Source of the DNA: Orbicella franksi
Lineage: Eukaryota
Length of the DNA: 64,000 nucleotides
NCBI GenBank assembly: GCA_964199315.1
Contig: OZ116708.1
Span: 2,914,001 to 2,978,000 of the forward strand
Direction: 5' to 3'
Shown here: in pieces, positions 1 to 11,998 of the stretch
Numbering within the stretch: position 1 is the first letter of the stretch
How the letters are laid out: every line of letters starts with the position of its first letter
Position numbers and translations under genes: made by a program
The notes under the pieces: generated by a model
Database searches by the model: none
Told to the model about the DNA's origin: nothing
Seen by the model: only the letters and a program-made list of their open reading frames with translations

Positions 1-3000
1 TTCATTCCGGCTCTACAGTTAGTTACGCAAACAGCGAAACGCACAACGCTCTGTATCTTGCAATGAAGAAAAACATCGCAATGACAATTCACCTCAACGG
101 CGCAGCAGTGTTAGTGAAGACTTGCTAGACAATTGTTTTTTCGCTTGGCATTTTTACATCAATAATAATAATAGTTAAACAGGGCGGGGGAGAACTTGAA
201 CGACTCGCTCCGATTTGGGTCACCTGGTTCGGATTTGAGTCTGGCAAGGGACCTGGGCAATAACATAACTAAGCGGCATGTTACTCTCATGCTTAGGCCC
301 TCTCCTTACCCAGTAATATGAATGGGTACCTAACTTAGATAGCCTTGAAAAGTGTGAGCAATCATGGTCTGAGTACAGGCTTTGCATGGTATGGTAAATT
401 TAACTGCTACATATTGTGGCTTTTCAACCTACTAATAAACTTCACAGCGATGTAAACTTCAATATGAGACAACGGTCTCAAGCCATACTCGCCCCCAGAG
501 CCTTTCATATTTTTGGTTACGTGGTCAGCGAATTACGTTACGATATTTAAAAATCGAGTGGCCCTGGGGGCAAGCGTTGCGCAAATCTTAGGGGTTGCCC
601 GAATTCGGATCACTTACTTTTCAAGACAAGTACATATTTCAAAAACGAGACAGTAACATTACAAGAATTCTGTTTTTTCCAATGGTATCGTCAAAACGGC
701 TGTCAAACTCGTTTCCAGGGATTTTCCCTTATAATAAGGGAAAACCCTGGGAACGAAGCTAAACGGCATGTTCCCATGATGATGCCATATTAAAACCTTG
801 TGGTATTTTTCAATTTTAGGTCTATGAGGGCCTGTCCTCTTCTGGACAAACACTGGCATCACGTGTGTATCACGTGGACAAATATTGCGGGAAAACTTAA
901 TTTTTATATAGATGGAACCATAAAAAAGGCAAAATCAGAATTTAAAAGTGGGGCCGTTATCAGAGGGGGAGGGGTGGTGATTATCGGCCAGGATCAAGAC
1001 TCGCTTGGAGGGTCTTTTCAAACAATACAATCCCTCGCTGGCCTTCTGAGTCACGTGAACATGTGGAATTTCGTGTTGCGTACTTTTGCTCTGGTTGACA
1101 TGGCAACAGGGTTTGGCACGGAGGCTGGGAACACAATTGCTTGGAGAGACCTGGTCAGGAGTCAAGCGTACGGTCAGGTTAAAGTTGTGCCGATCTCCCG
1201 AGATCCTCCTAGACGTAAGTACAAAAAATCAGTATATAGAATTCAGATTGTTCAGACCTTCAGGGGAGAAGAAATATAGTTCGAATTAAGGTGGCCGAAC
1301 ACAGTTTTCGCGCGCGCTTTTGCTGATGCAATTCAGCGCGCGCACAAGGATTGCAAAAACAAACAAACAAACAAACAAACATGCCGTCAATAGAGCGCGA
1401 TCATTTTATTTACTCAGCACCCGCACTGTCTGTGCTATTTTTCTCTATAATTTAACGCAGTGTATTGATGGCTTTAGTCTTTTATTACAAAGATATTTTG
1501 GAAAAGGTAACGATGCAAAGAACCGAGCAAGTCTCAGCTTTTTCTTTGTTACCGAAAGAACCCAGTTAAATGCAGCGCATGCGTAGTAAGTCAAAAAATT
1601 GCGATTGAATGAAAAATTGCACTCTTGGAAATACGCCTATTTCTCGAGAACCACTCATTAGAATTTCACGAAATTTGGCACGAAAATACTTTAGGAAATA
1701 AGTAACTGGAGTATTGAAAATAATTGAACTTTAACAAAGGAAATTCTAGATATTCCAGTGAACCGTCAACAAGGGATAATTAAAGATCTCTCTGTTAACT
1801 TATTAGCAAAATGGTGTTAGCTTGTGAGAATCGTTACAAGCTTGTTGCACGCAAATTATAAAGAAAATCTAATGACTAGATTTTCTACAAATAAACAAAA
1901 GCGATTTTAAAGACCTGTATTCATGTTGCCATGGCAACGGCACATACGTCAGCTTTACCATCAAAAAACCAAAGTTTGTGTAGTTACCTTGCTTGCTGTC
2001 GTTTTTGGTGACCAAAGGATCAAGGGTTTTAGAGAAAAAGGTGACTGAAACACAGGTATCAAAAACTGTGTTCAGCCACCTTAATAGGATTTGAAATTTT
2101 TAGAACACGGAAAATGGAAAGGTATATATTCCTCGATAGAGCAGCTTCCAATTGATGGTTGATCAAAAGTAACGCGAACTGTTTTTAATTTGATTTACGC
2201 TGCTCTGTTGGTTTCTTGTTGTCGTTGGTTTATTGCGTTGTTTTTGTTTGCTGATTATAGCTTTGGTAGCTGCGGCTTCCTGTGGCTGTGATTGGTCTAA
2301 CGACACACAATTGAAAAACAAATCGCTTTTTTCATAACCTGCTACCATATGATAGTGACAACTGTACTGTCAAGACCTCGAGACATTCTCCTAGTATTGC
2401 CTTTCCTCTTGGTTAATAAGATATATAGAACGGTTCTTACTTCGGTGTCGAAAAGTTATTGGTTTTGCATTACCATGCTACACTATTGGTTTAAAAAACT
2501 CGCGCCACTTTTGATCCAAAACCAAAGCCAACGTAACTCGCTCGCACACTTTTTCCGCGCTTAACATCAGCTATATGTATTTGCTATGAGTTTTGATTGG
2601 TTCTCTGGATTGCCTATGTCCTCAGTTGTGATTGGCCAGAGTGATAACTTTGGTTTTGGTTTTACGGCACTCAGTGGCTAAAATTCCCTCTATGATGCGC
2701 GCCTGCAGGGAATCATAGTAGTTGTACTCATCAAAACTCATCAAGTATGCAGTCCAAGTTGATGAATACAGCTACCATGATTCCCTGCAGGCATGTCTTA
2801 TAGTGGAAATAGACGTTTCCGAATTACCTTTAGCCTCCTTCTCAAAGCGAGTCTTGGTGCCCACCTTACATGTGAAAATGAGATTTCATTCACACTCAAA
2901 TTAAACTCATTTTCATATGAATGACTGCGCACCAGGACTCGCTTTGATAGAGAGGCTTAATGCAACCCGAAAATGGGCTATTGGCCATTTAAAACTGTTC

Positions 3001-6000
3001 TATTCATGGACTTCAAATTTACACTGACCAGTGTTGTGGCCCTTTTGACTTAATTCGCAGGTCCAAAATCTGATTTCAAGTTCGTCTTTCCAACGCAAGG
3101 CACTGAAAACTTTGTCCAGCTTCACAATGCCACGTCAGATTTAGACATGGACCAGTTCACGGCCTGCGCATGGGTGAAGATCTCTGTAGAGAGCATCATA
3201 TCGCTCTTCTGTTACAGAACACCAGAACATCGAAATTCCATCGCCATCCAGCCAAAGGCTGATAGATTTAACGTCCTCATTAATGGTGTTTTTCTGTAAG
3301 TAACGCACCGTCCACACTACGCCGGAGAAATTTGAAAACGCAACAATCACCGGTCATTTTGGAGTTGTGCTCGAGGAAACCTCGGTCAGAGAAATCACAT
3401 GATTATTGCGATGTCATCGTTTTCAAAAAGCTCCGTTTTCAAAATGTTTTCCGTCCACACGAAAACGTGAAGCCGGCGTTTTCAAATTCCTCTGGTTGGA
3501 AGGGCGTTTTCGAAAAGCTCCCTTTTCGTGACGGATTAGTGCGGACTGTAGGCCTACCGTAACGATTCGATTTAGCGCCAGGGGTGCTTATTTACTTTTG
3601 GTACCTCAAGAGAGGGCAATTATTTGAGACAGGGCGCTTATTTCTTCTTTGAGAAACAGCATAATGTTCAAAACAAAAATTAATACTGTATGAACCTCCG
3701 TTGATAGGTACTGTGACGGCGCTGTAATATTATAACATAAGAATAGGGCGCTTATTAGAATGGAGGCGCTTATTGGAAGAGGAGCGCTTATTAATAAAAA
3801 CACATTCGAAGGAGGGCGCTTATTCGAAAGGGGGCGCTTATTGGATGGAGGGCGCTAAATCGAATCATTACAGTAACCGTAGAAATAAAGCTGCGGCACC
3901 TAAAATATACGGCTACGTCCATGTGTGCGTGAGATATAGCTTTCCCGAACTTTATCCATCATTGCCATATATTCACTCAATCCCCCTTACCATGAAATAC
4001 CCCTCCCCCCACACCCTCCACACCCAACCTTTCAAAACGTAGTGATTTGAATTTTCTTTGCTTTTCGTTTTTACGCAGGCATATCGACTACACGACTTTT
4101 TTCGGAACATTCGAGTGGAAACATGTTTGCTTTACGTGGGAAAATAATGCAGGAAACTGGAAATTATACATAAATGGAGAACTGGTCAAATCAGGAACCG
4201 GCTTTCAGATTGGAAAGGTATCTACTTTGTGATATGCATCATTTTCGACGTTTTTTGCGTGCAATTTTATTTCCATTGTCAGGGTCGTAGCAAACATTTC
4301 GCCTTGTTGGTATGGTAGACCTGGCCGCACCTTGCATACGACAGCTGCGCTCGCAGTACAAGCGGCAGTCAAAACTGAGCTGTCCTACCGAAACGACACG
4401 ACAATAGCCTTTTTATTCACAACTAACAAAAATTAAGACAATGCTAAAGTTGCTTTGGCCTCTTCTAATAGTTAATTTAAAAATGTCGGGTTTAATTTGA
4501 CGAGGAACAGTACATTTTGTTCAAAATAAGACAACTATTATCCTACCTGACGACACTCGACGAACTACGAGCGAGTTGCCATGCCGAACGCCGGCGACCC
4601 ATTTTTTGCGCCATATTAGAAGTTGGAGACACAAAATGTTTCATATTTTTCACTTTTTACAATCTGATATGATCTTGGGAATTGTAAATCCCTTTTCATG
4701 AATATTTAATGCCATCTCCAGTGAAAAAAGTTGCAGATTTCAATGCCTTTCCTGTTAACTTATATTGACGTCAGGACAGTAAGCTTTTTCCCGCCTGCTA
4801 AATCCAGATTGGTCAATTCAAATTTCAGGTGCGCCAGCCGTATGCGTGGCAGTTGTTCAAAGGGCGGATTACGCTATCCACTGGATAAATCACTATCCAG
4901 CGGATAGCGTGGTTTGTTTTGTTAACACTTATCCGATGGCTAGCGATTTATCCGGTGGATAACGTTATCCACCCACATGATGCGCAGGAATTTCTCTTTT
5001 CCACAGACCTGGGCGGAAAAATTGTAGACCCGAGCCAATGGATCTATAAGCTAGCTACGTCCTTGATTGTTCTTAACATGAAACTTGCAGATTCAACCAA
5101 ACTAGAGATCATGCCATACTCAAACGAAACGACAGACTTCCTTCATGATCTTTGTTTCTTTTTTCGTGCAGGGTAATGCATAGTGAGAGTCACTTAAGAG
5201 AAGAAAGTCTTAACAGTGAAGGTCAAAATGAAAGGGTAAAATCTGATTGGTCGAAAGCCGTCAAGTTGCATAATACGACTGCAAGTAAAGATCTAATTAA
5301 GGTGTCCCTGGCAACCAAGCCGCGATTGGGTTCATATTAACTGCAATGCCCCTCTCCTCCGCCCCCTGAAAGGTATCGCAGATATCCGCTGGAATCGTAA
5401 AAAAGGGAGCCTAGCCTGGATACCATGGCAGCCTAATTTTTTACTTGCATGCTTAGCCTCACGTCGCCTTACCTTTCTTCTCTTAACATACTCAGGCTCA
5501 TTTTCAATGGTCTTCGAGTCTCCATCTTCCCCAATAACAGAAAGCGTTGCTTTAATTTCAGGTTATTAAAGTAGGCGGTAAAGTTGTGCTGGGACAAAGA
5601 TACTCACAGGTCGCAGATTTTGATGAATTCAAAACAGGACAGTCCTTCATTGGTGAAATCAGTCATCTGAACATTTGGAATACCACGCTGGAGCCAAAGG
5701 TTGTCAGCTCCATGTATCGCGGGTGTGATTTTATTGGCGGGAATTGGTTCAACTGGGCAGCGATCTTACAGGGTGAAGTGGCGGGAGATGTTACCATGGA
5801 AACACCAGCAGACTGTACACTACCAGGTCAGATATAACGTCTTAAAAATGTGTCCCCTTGAAACAGCTAAGTCAGGTGGCACTTAGAAGTGAAGGGAGCG
5901 GAAAATCTTCTGACTTTCGACATTCGACATCCGACATCGAACATCCGACACCCGACATCCGACATCCGACATCCGACATCCGACATCCGACATCTGACAT

Positions 6001-6492
6001 CTGACATCTGACATCTGACATCTGACATCTGACATACGACATACGACATTCGACATTCGACATTCGACATTCGACATACGACATTCAACATTCGACATTC
6101 GACATTCGACATCCAATATCCGACATCCGACACCTGACATCTGACATCAGTCTGGAATCCGAAATTTTTTTTGTTTGACATCTATCGTTTTACGTAATTT
6201 GACGTTCGTTGTCTGAACGTTTGACATGGCACATTTGCGCTTGATGATTAACTTTTTCTGATTGCCTTCATTGTTTACAGATGAAATAAGTTCCAACAAA
6301 AGGAACAAGGTTTGTGCGACCGAGACAATGGATGGATGCACATCTCCTGTGCGTGCATTGTTTGATGGAAATTCAAATGGTCGCAGCAAGAAATGGAGGT
6401 GTTACTTTATAGACGCCTTAACAGATGATGCCTTTGGTCTTGAAGCGTACGACAATGATAAGAATTCAGCATGCTACAAAAGCTTAAATTGA
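1..6492 (+). CDS. Tandem pentraxin-domain protein, 3' part (begins upstream of window). Exons <1-109, 820-1214, 3061-3295, 4079-4217, 5562-5826, 6281-6492
   Basis: All introns GT..AG with consistent phases. Translation gives two pentraxin domains (WHHVCITW...GQDQDSLGGSF...LSHVNMWN; FTACAWVK...WKHVCFTW...FIGEISHLNIWN) and a short Cys-containing C-terminus ending TGA at 6492. AATAAA near 6613. Confidence 0.85.
1290..2080. mobile_element. Non-autonomous TIR element flanked by TTAA (Kolobok-like)
   Basis: TTAA|GGTGGCCGAACACAGTTTT ... AAAACTGTGTTCAGCCACC|TTAA; 19-bp TIR with 1 mismatch; GG..CC ends; no coding capacity. Confidence 0.7.
3304..3902. mobile_element. PIF/Harbinger-like MITE copy interrupted by a second MITE
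   Basis: Shares CGTCCACACTACGCCGGAGAAATTTGAAAACG and the internal body with copies at 31167-31564 and 39280-39658; interrupted at 3557-3873. Confidence 0.65.
3557..3873. mobile_element. TA-flanked (Tc1/mariner-pogo-like) MITE nested in the Harbinger-like MITE
   Basis: TA|CCGTAACGATTCGATTTAGCGCC ... GGCGCTAAATCGAATCATTACAG|TA; internal GGCGCTTATT repeats; related fragment near 17025-17135. Confidence 0.65.
5913..6150. repeat. 7-bp minisatellite (GACATCC/GACATCT/GACATAC/GACATTC)n
   Basis: Directly visible blocks of variant heptamers in the last pentraxin intron. Confidence 0.95.
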
Positions 6493-8628
6493 TTGTTAAA
6501 GACCAAAAAATAATATTTTATTGTATTAATATTAGTATTAGTATAGTTTTTCAGCAGTGTCCCCTAATTAGTATGGTGTATTATTTCCAGGCTATAAGGT
6601 TTTTGACACTTTAATAAAGTTCTCACTCACTCACTCACTCAATGTGGACTGATTGGAGTACGATTCAGAAAGTAATCGTGCGAATAATTTCAAAATTGGA
6701 CGAGCGCGAAGCGAGAGGCCGATTTGAAATTACGAGCACGATTAGTCACTGAATTGTACGACACGAGGACCAGTTACTAATTAATCGTGTCTATAACAAA
6801 TTACGAAATTAGAAAAGTCTTCTGAGAACGTCTTTAGAGCTAAAAAGTCACTAGTGCTCTCCATAAGTTTTAAAAACCGAGGAAACACTGAGAAGGAAAC
6901 CATTGAAGTGCGAGTAATTGACGTGCAGATAGCGTAGGTATCCAATTTAAAAACGTTGTAAATAGATACCTGTAATTGGACAGCCACGTAATCCCTTGCC
7001 GATTACGTGACAAATGGGCGCACGGAGAACCAGTTACGATCGAGAACTTTGTTATAGATATGATCAACTGAGAAAGAGGACTGGACGCAAAAACTAAAGA
7101 GTGCCTGCCTCGACCTTGATTATTCTGGATATCACAGAAACTGAATCTAATTATTGTTTTATTGTGCATTGAACGAAAAAACAAAAAATGGAAGTCATGT
7201 TTTTGCTTCTTCACTGACGGCAAGCAACACAAAGCGAGCGAACTTGACATGATTACCCTTAGAAATCATGCACCGCGGTCATACATGGCATGATTACCCA
7301 TGACCTTGAGTGTTCTTGACATGATTATTGTATAATCTGCAGCTATATGACGTCACAGGCGCTGATTTCGAAAATTCACTGTACGCTTTCGGCCAATCAG
7401 AAAAGAGATAGTGAGTTCAATGTATAATAATGTAAAATAATGAAATCACATCAATACATCCCAGTTGGCCGTGATAACGAGAGCAGAACAAAGAAATATT
7501 AATTTAGGACCAAACTTACTTTTATGAGACATACATCATTGACGATTACTGTAATCAGTTATATTGTTAAAGAAGTTTCGTTTTTGTCATATATTTCAGT
7601 TTTGACCTTGCTTTACTTCCTACTTTCAATTCTTTTATTTTATAACTGACATTTAACGGTATTCACGTTTGTGGGAGGCGCGGTGGCCAAAATGGCTGGC
7701 GCGCTTGACCCCAGTCCTCCGCAGGATGGGCTCCTGTCATCCATAGGAAAAAAGATGGCGACTCTACATTTTTCCACAATACCATACGAGGCTTACAGGG
7801 CCCATAAAATACAAGACCATACAAGGAAAGCCATAGTTTTTGCGATATTTCTCCCTGTGCTAACGACATCGTGTTTGCAAGTGAAGATTTTGAAACTTTT
7901 CTGCACGTTTTTATGAGCGCGCTGTTAATGTTTTCATGCGCTAGGAATCATAGGCAAATGTACCAGTTGCCACCTTTTTTCCTACGGAGGGTTCGAATTA
8001 AACCTATAATGAAGAGAGTGTATACAATATGCTGTATGCATGAGTATACTTATTCTTGTACAAAAGAAGTTGTTCTTGTTAAAATATGACTAAGCCTTAT
8101 TAGTTTCATAAGCTTAAAAGAGAGGCTTATTACTGAGAATAAATAGTTCTTGTTCATTTGATACCAATTGGATCTGATTGCGTCATAAAATATGAAATTA
8201 TGTTGTTTTTGTTGGTATATATATATATACCAACATATAGCCGACAAAACTTAATTTCCGATAAAATTGTCAGAAGGATTTTGTGGTAAAATATTTTTCT
8301 GCCACAAGTTAATATAAAAACGTTTTCGACTTCCAGGCTCCAAGAAGAAAGTTTTAAACAAGAAAAAGTTTGTTTAATTCTTACAACTGTATTAGAAATG
8401 TTGTTGTTGTCGTGTGAAAAGACCCCGAAAACAAGGTTGAAAGCGCATGTGACGAACTTCACGTTTTAACTTGCCCAAAAGGAAGGATAGAAGGAAACGA
8501 AGCCGACCTCTATTACTGTCTATTATATAGCTGAATTTTATTGTAAATGCCAAGACATTTTCTGAATTTTATCACGTACTGCGGTGAGATTATCTAGAGC
8601 TACTTTGTTGTGTTACAAATGTTAGAGA

Positions 8629-8869
8629 TATTTTTAGTGTGGTCTTAACTTGAAACCAGCGTCTCATATGGAGTGCCACCCCCTATATACCGGCTTTTTG
8701 TTGCATAATTTCTTTTATTTCAAACAGAACATAAAGACGTATAATAATAATAAGGACGTATAATACGTCTTTATGTTCTGCTTGAAATAAAAGAAATTAT
8801 GCGACAAAAAGTATAGGGGTGACACTCCATACGAGACGCTGGTTTCAAGTTAAGACTACACTAAAATAT
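8629..8869. repeat. Long near-perfect inverted repeat (fold-back, MITE-like)
   Basis: Arms of about 110 bp (TATTTTTAGTGTGGTCTTAACTTGAAACCAGCGTCTC... / ...GAGACGCTGGTTTCAAGTTAAGACTACACTAAAATA) around a loop of about 20 bp. Confidence 0.85.
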
Positions 8870-11800
8870 AACTAGTATTGTACTGAGTTTTGGTACGCGG
8901 AAGCTGTAATTTTTTTTTTTTTTTTTTTTTTTTTGGACGCCCGGTGAATCAATTAGGGTAAATAATCACTCGCTCTATCCCCGCTTTCTATCGATCGAGT
9001 TATCAACTTTTAGAGAAAGGCAATACTAAGACCTCTATAAGCGCTAAGTAAACAAATAAGGAACCGGCGAAAAGGCACCAGGAGCGAAAACTAAAATAAC
9101 GAATAAGAGAAAGCGGGTGATTTACCATTAACGCCAATAACTAAGTATGTTTACAAGCTTTTCTAGCGCCGTTTGCCAATCTTGGCAGCCGAAAAGTTAA
9201 CAAAACACGTTAAATGAATTGTTGTTCATGACTTTACAGCAAAAGACATCTGATCTTTATGTTTGAGGATGTGTAGTTTTCTTTTATCGTGAAATACAAG
9301 TCGCCCGATGACAGCTTGAAATCGAATATTTCTGCGTGCACCACGCTATCTTATGAGGTTCTTAAAATAATAAGCTTCTTTTTAAAAGCGTCGCGTCCCT
9401 TTAAACGCCTTGCTAGTAAAAAGCTGCAAATATTTAAAGCCGATTGTAAGGTATACCAGATGTATACTTGCCTTTTTGAAATTTTCCAGCACAGTCTATA
9501 GGAAAAAAAAAGGTGTGGAGTGTATTTTGTTCTATTTGAAGGGTTAATTAATTGTAAGTGTTTATGCAAATCAGAAGAGTGACAGTCACAAAACTGTATT
9601 TTTTTCATTGAAGTACAGCAATCTTTTGCCGTGTGCCTGTGTCTAGGTCCTGGTGACCCAGTGTCGACTGATGCAGTGTATTCTGAAACAGGTCGGCGCA
9701 TCTCTCTATCGCTTCTCTTGACCGGCTCGCTTTTCATCGCTCGCGCGCGTGGCAGTCTCAAGTTAACCTGTTCGGGCTACTCGATGAGAAAATAGTGGAC
9801 AAACATGCTTTCCATTTCGATTTTCGGTTAGAGTTCGTTGGGGTTAGCGTTTTCTTTTTAGGACCCTCTAAGTGGAATAAGATAAATAACGAGCGCGGCA
9901 TCGAGAAAATCGAGATTAGGAACGAAGTTATTGCTATGGCTTTCGTGCTTTTCAATGCGCTTTAGTTCCATTAGAATTTCGCGTTGAAAGCTCGGAAACG
10001 CCCAGAAATATCTTAACTGCTCTAGACAATTTAGATAACATCACGCCACTGTGAGCTTGTGTTATTTTTTTTTTAAGGACAGAGCTATATGCATTTGTCT
10101 ACAGCTCAGGGTAACCGTATATCTTTCCATAAAAAAAGTTACCTCTCACATAGTGCGGTCCTGTTGAAAGTAAATTGAACAAACTAAAATCTCTTCTCAG
10201 GTCCATGCTTCGTGACACGCACACATGCTGATAACACTAATTACGTGCTAATTCAAATTAGGAAACTGTGTCCATTTAAATAGGGGACCGGGGGGCACTC
10301 CCTCGTATGACCTGCACAGAATGGACTGTTTTTGGCCGTGCTGTCCTAATCAGTGTAAACAATGTACATACCTTTATGGACGTCTGTCCTAAGTAGGGTC
10401 CGAATCTGCCCTGAACAGGTGTGGTTGCAAGATTGTTGCCGTTAAACATGGTTTTACTCTACTCGGCAGTCCGAGACAAGAGACGCCTAATCTTGGGCGT
10501 TATTTGGCTTATTAGCCATGAGATAATTTTCAAGTAAATAGTTGTAAGGTTGCCAGTATCTCTGAATTCCATTCACTTTTTTGTCCCAAAGAGGGTTCTA
10601 GAATAGTAGGTGTTGTCCTAAACACGGCAGGGCTTCAATTCCACGGCTGCACCCTTATCTCCAAACATGGCTCAAGTCCTCCCCCCCCCCCCGGTCAATC
10701 GGTCAATTATTTATAGCTACATCTTTTCCTCCAGAAATGTGTAAAAATATGAACAAAAAGCATGAAATGAAAAAAAAAAAAAAGATTTTCTGTGCAAGCG
10801 CAAATGGTTGTGCTTGCATGTGTGTCTGGCTTTGTTTTTCATCGGCTTCTAGAGATCAGAAATTGCAGAAAACGTCCAAAGAGCACACCCAGTAGACAAA
10901 TTTCATGAACGAACTTTTTTCGAAAGACGCCTGCAGATAAAAGACAACAAACCAATCAATTCTATGCATGTTGCATGTTTTAATAATCAACAAAAGATTG
11001 AAATAATCTGTCAAGCATTACTTCAAATAGCCTTGATCTACATTGATCTTTTGACGATTAGTCTGGGTCACGCCAGAACTAAATGTACAAAGAAAAGGCT
11101 TGTTGACCCACAGCCTTGTTGAAGTTTTCCCAAGAGAATTTTAGCTATCTTTGTGCAAATTTTTCCACCTCACATTTACATAACAGTTGACGGGGTCCAT
11201 TCTTAGTCTGCTTCATATCCATTTTGGAACAAATTGTGTCAAGTGCCTGGTTGAAAAGATGGTTAAAAAACAACGCCAGATATTTGATAGATTTTCATGC
11301 CTGACATATCTAAAGGTCACAGCCCGATTTTCCCGAAAGTCGGAAACCCGGGTCGGAAAAACGACGCCAATTTGTGCCATATACACGCGCTGAAGAAGAA
11401 ATTTGAATTGAACATCGAACAAATTCATACGACAAATTCTTTCTCTACTTCTTTTCCTTCCAGGAAAATACAGACAAATATTGAGTTTGGAGACTGTCAA
11501 ACTGCAGAAACCTTATTGAAAATATTTTGTTTATTGAGAAATCGAACGCGACTGTCTTTGATACATCCGGTGTTTGTTTTCGTCGCCTTGAATTATGAGG
11601 CACGTGGACAAATTTAATTCACCCAAACAGCAGGTAATAAGTCCTAAAGATCATCTGAAAGATGCCAGAAACGCAAAAGTACTCACTAATCTTGTCGCAC
11701 CCTACAAATAGTTGGTTTGTCGAACTTTCTACACGGTACAAATGGCCTTATAAGATAACTGTTGTTAAATTATACGCACTTGCAAATTGTTTTTCAAAAC

Positions 11801-11998
11801 TCCTGGCTTCTAGCCGACGTGTGGGATCGGAAAAAAGCCGACAAAACGACCGTTAAAAGTTACCGCGTCCCTCGGGTGTCAATCAACAGAAGAGGTATAA
11901 ATTCGAGAGCGTCGGTTTGAAGGCGATCAGTTTAAAGCACGCTTGTGGTTGAAGAAGCTCCTTGTATTTGTCCAGTGTGTGTATTGCCTTCTGTTGTG

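Noticed and set aside
5867-6181. Three overlapping minus-strand ORFs of MSDVRCQ-like repeats
   Set aside because: Artefacts of the stop-free 7-bp minisatellite inside an intron.
9351-9780. 136-aa minus-strand ORF and a possible plus-strand exon (GPGDPVSTDAVYSETG...)
   Set aside because: No recognisable domain and no partner exons could be joined in phase.
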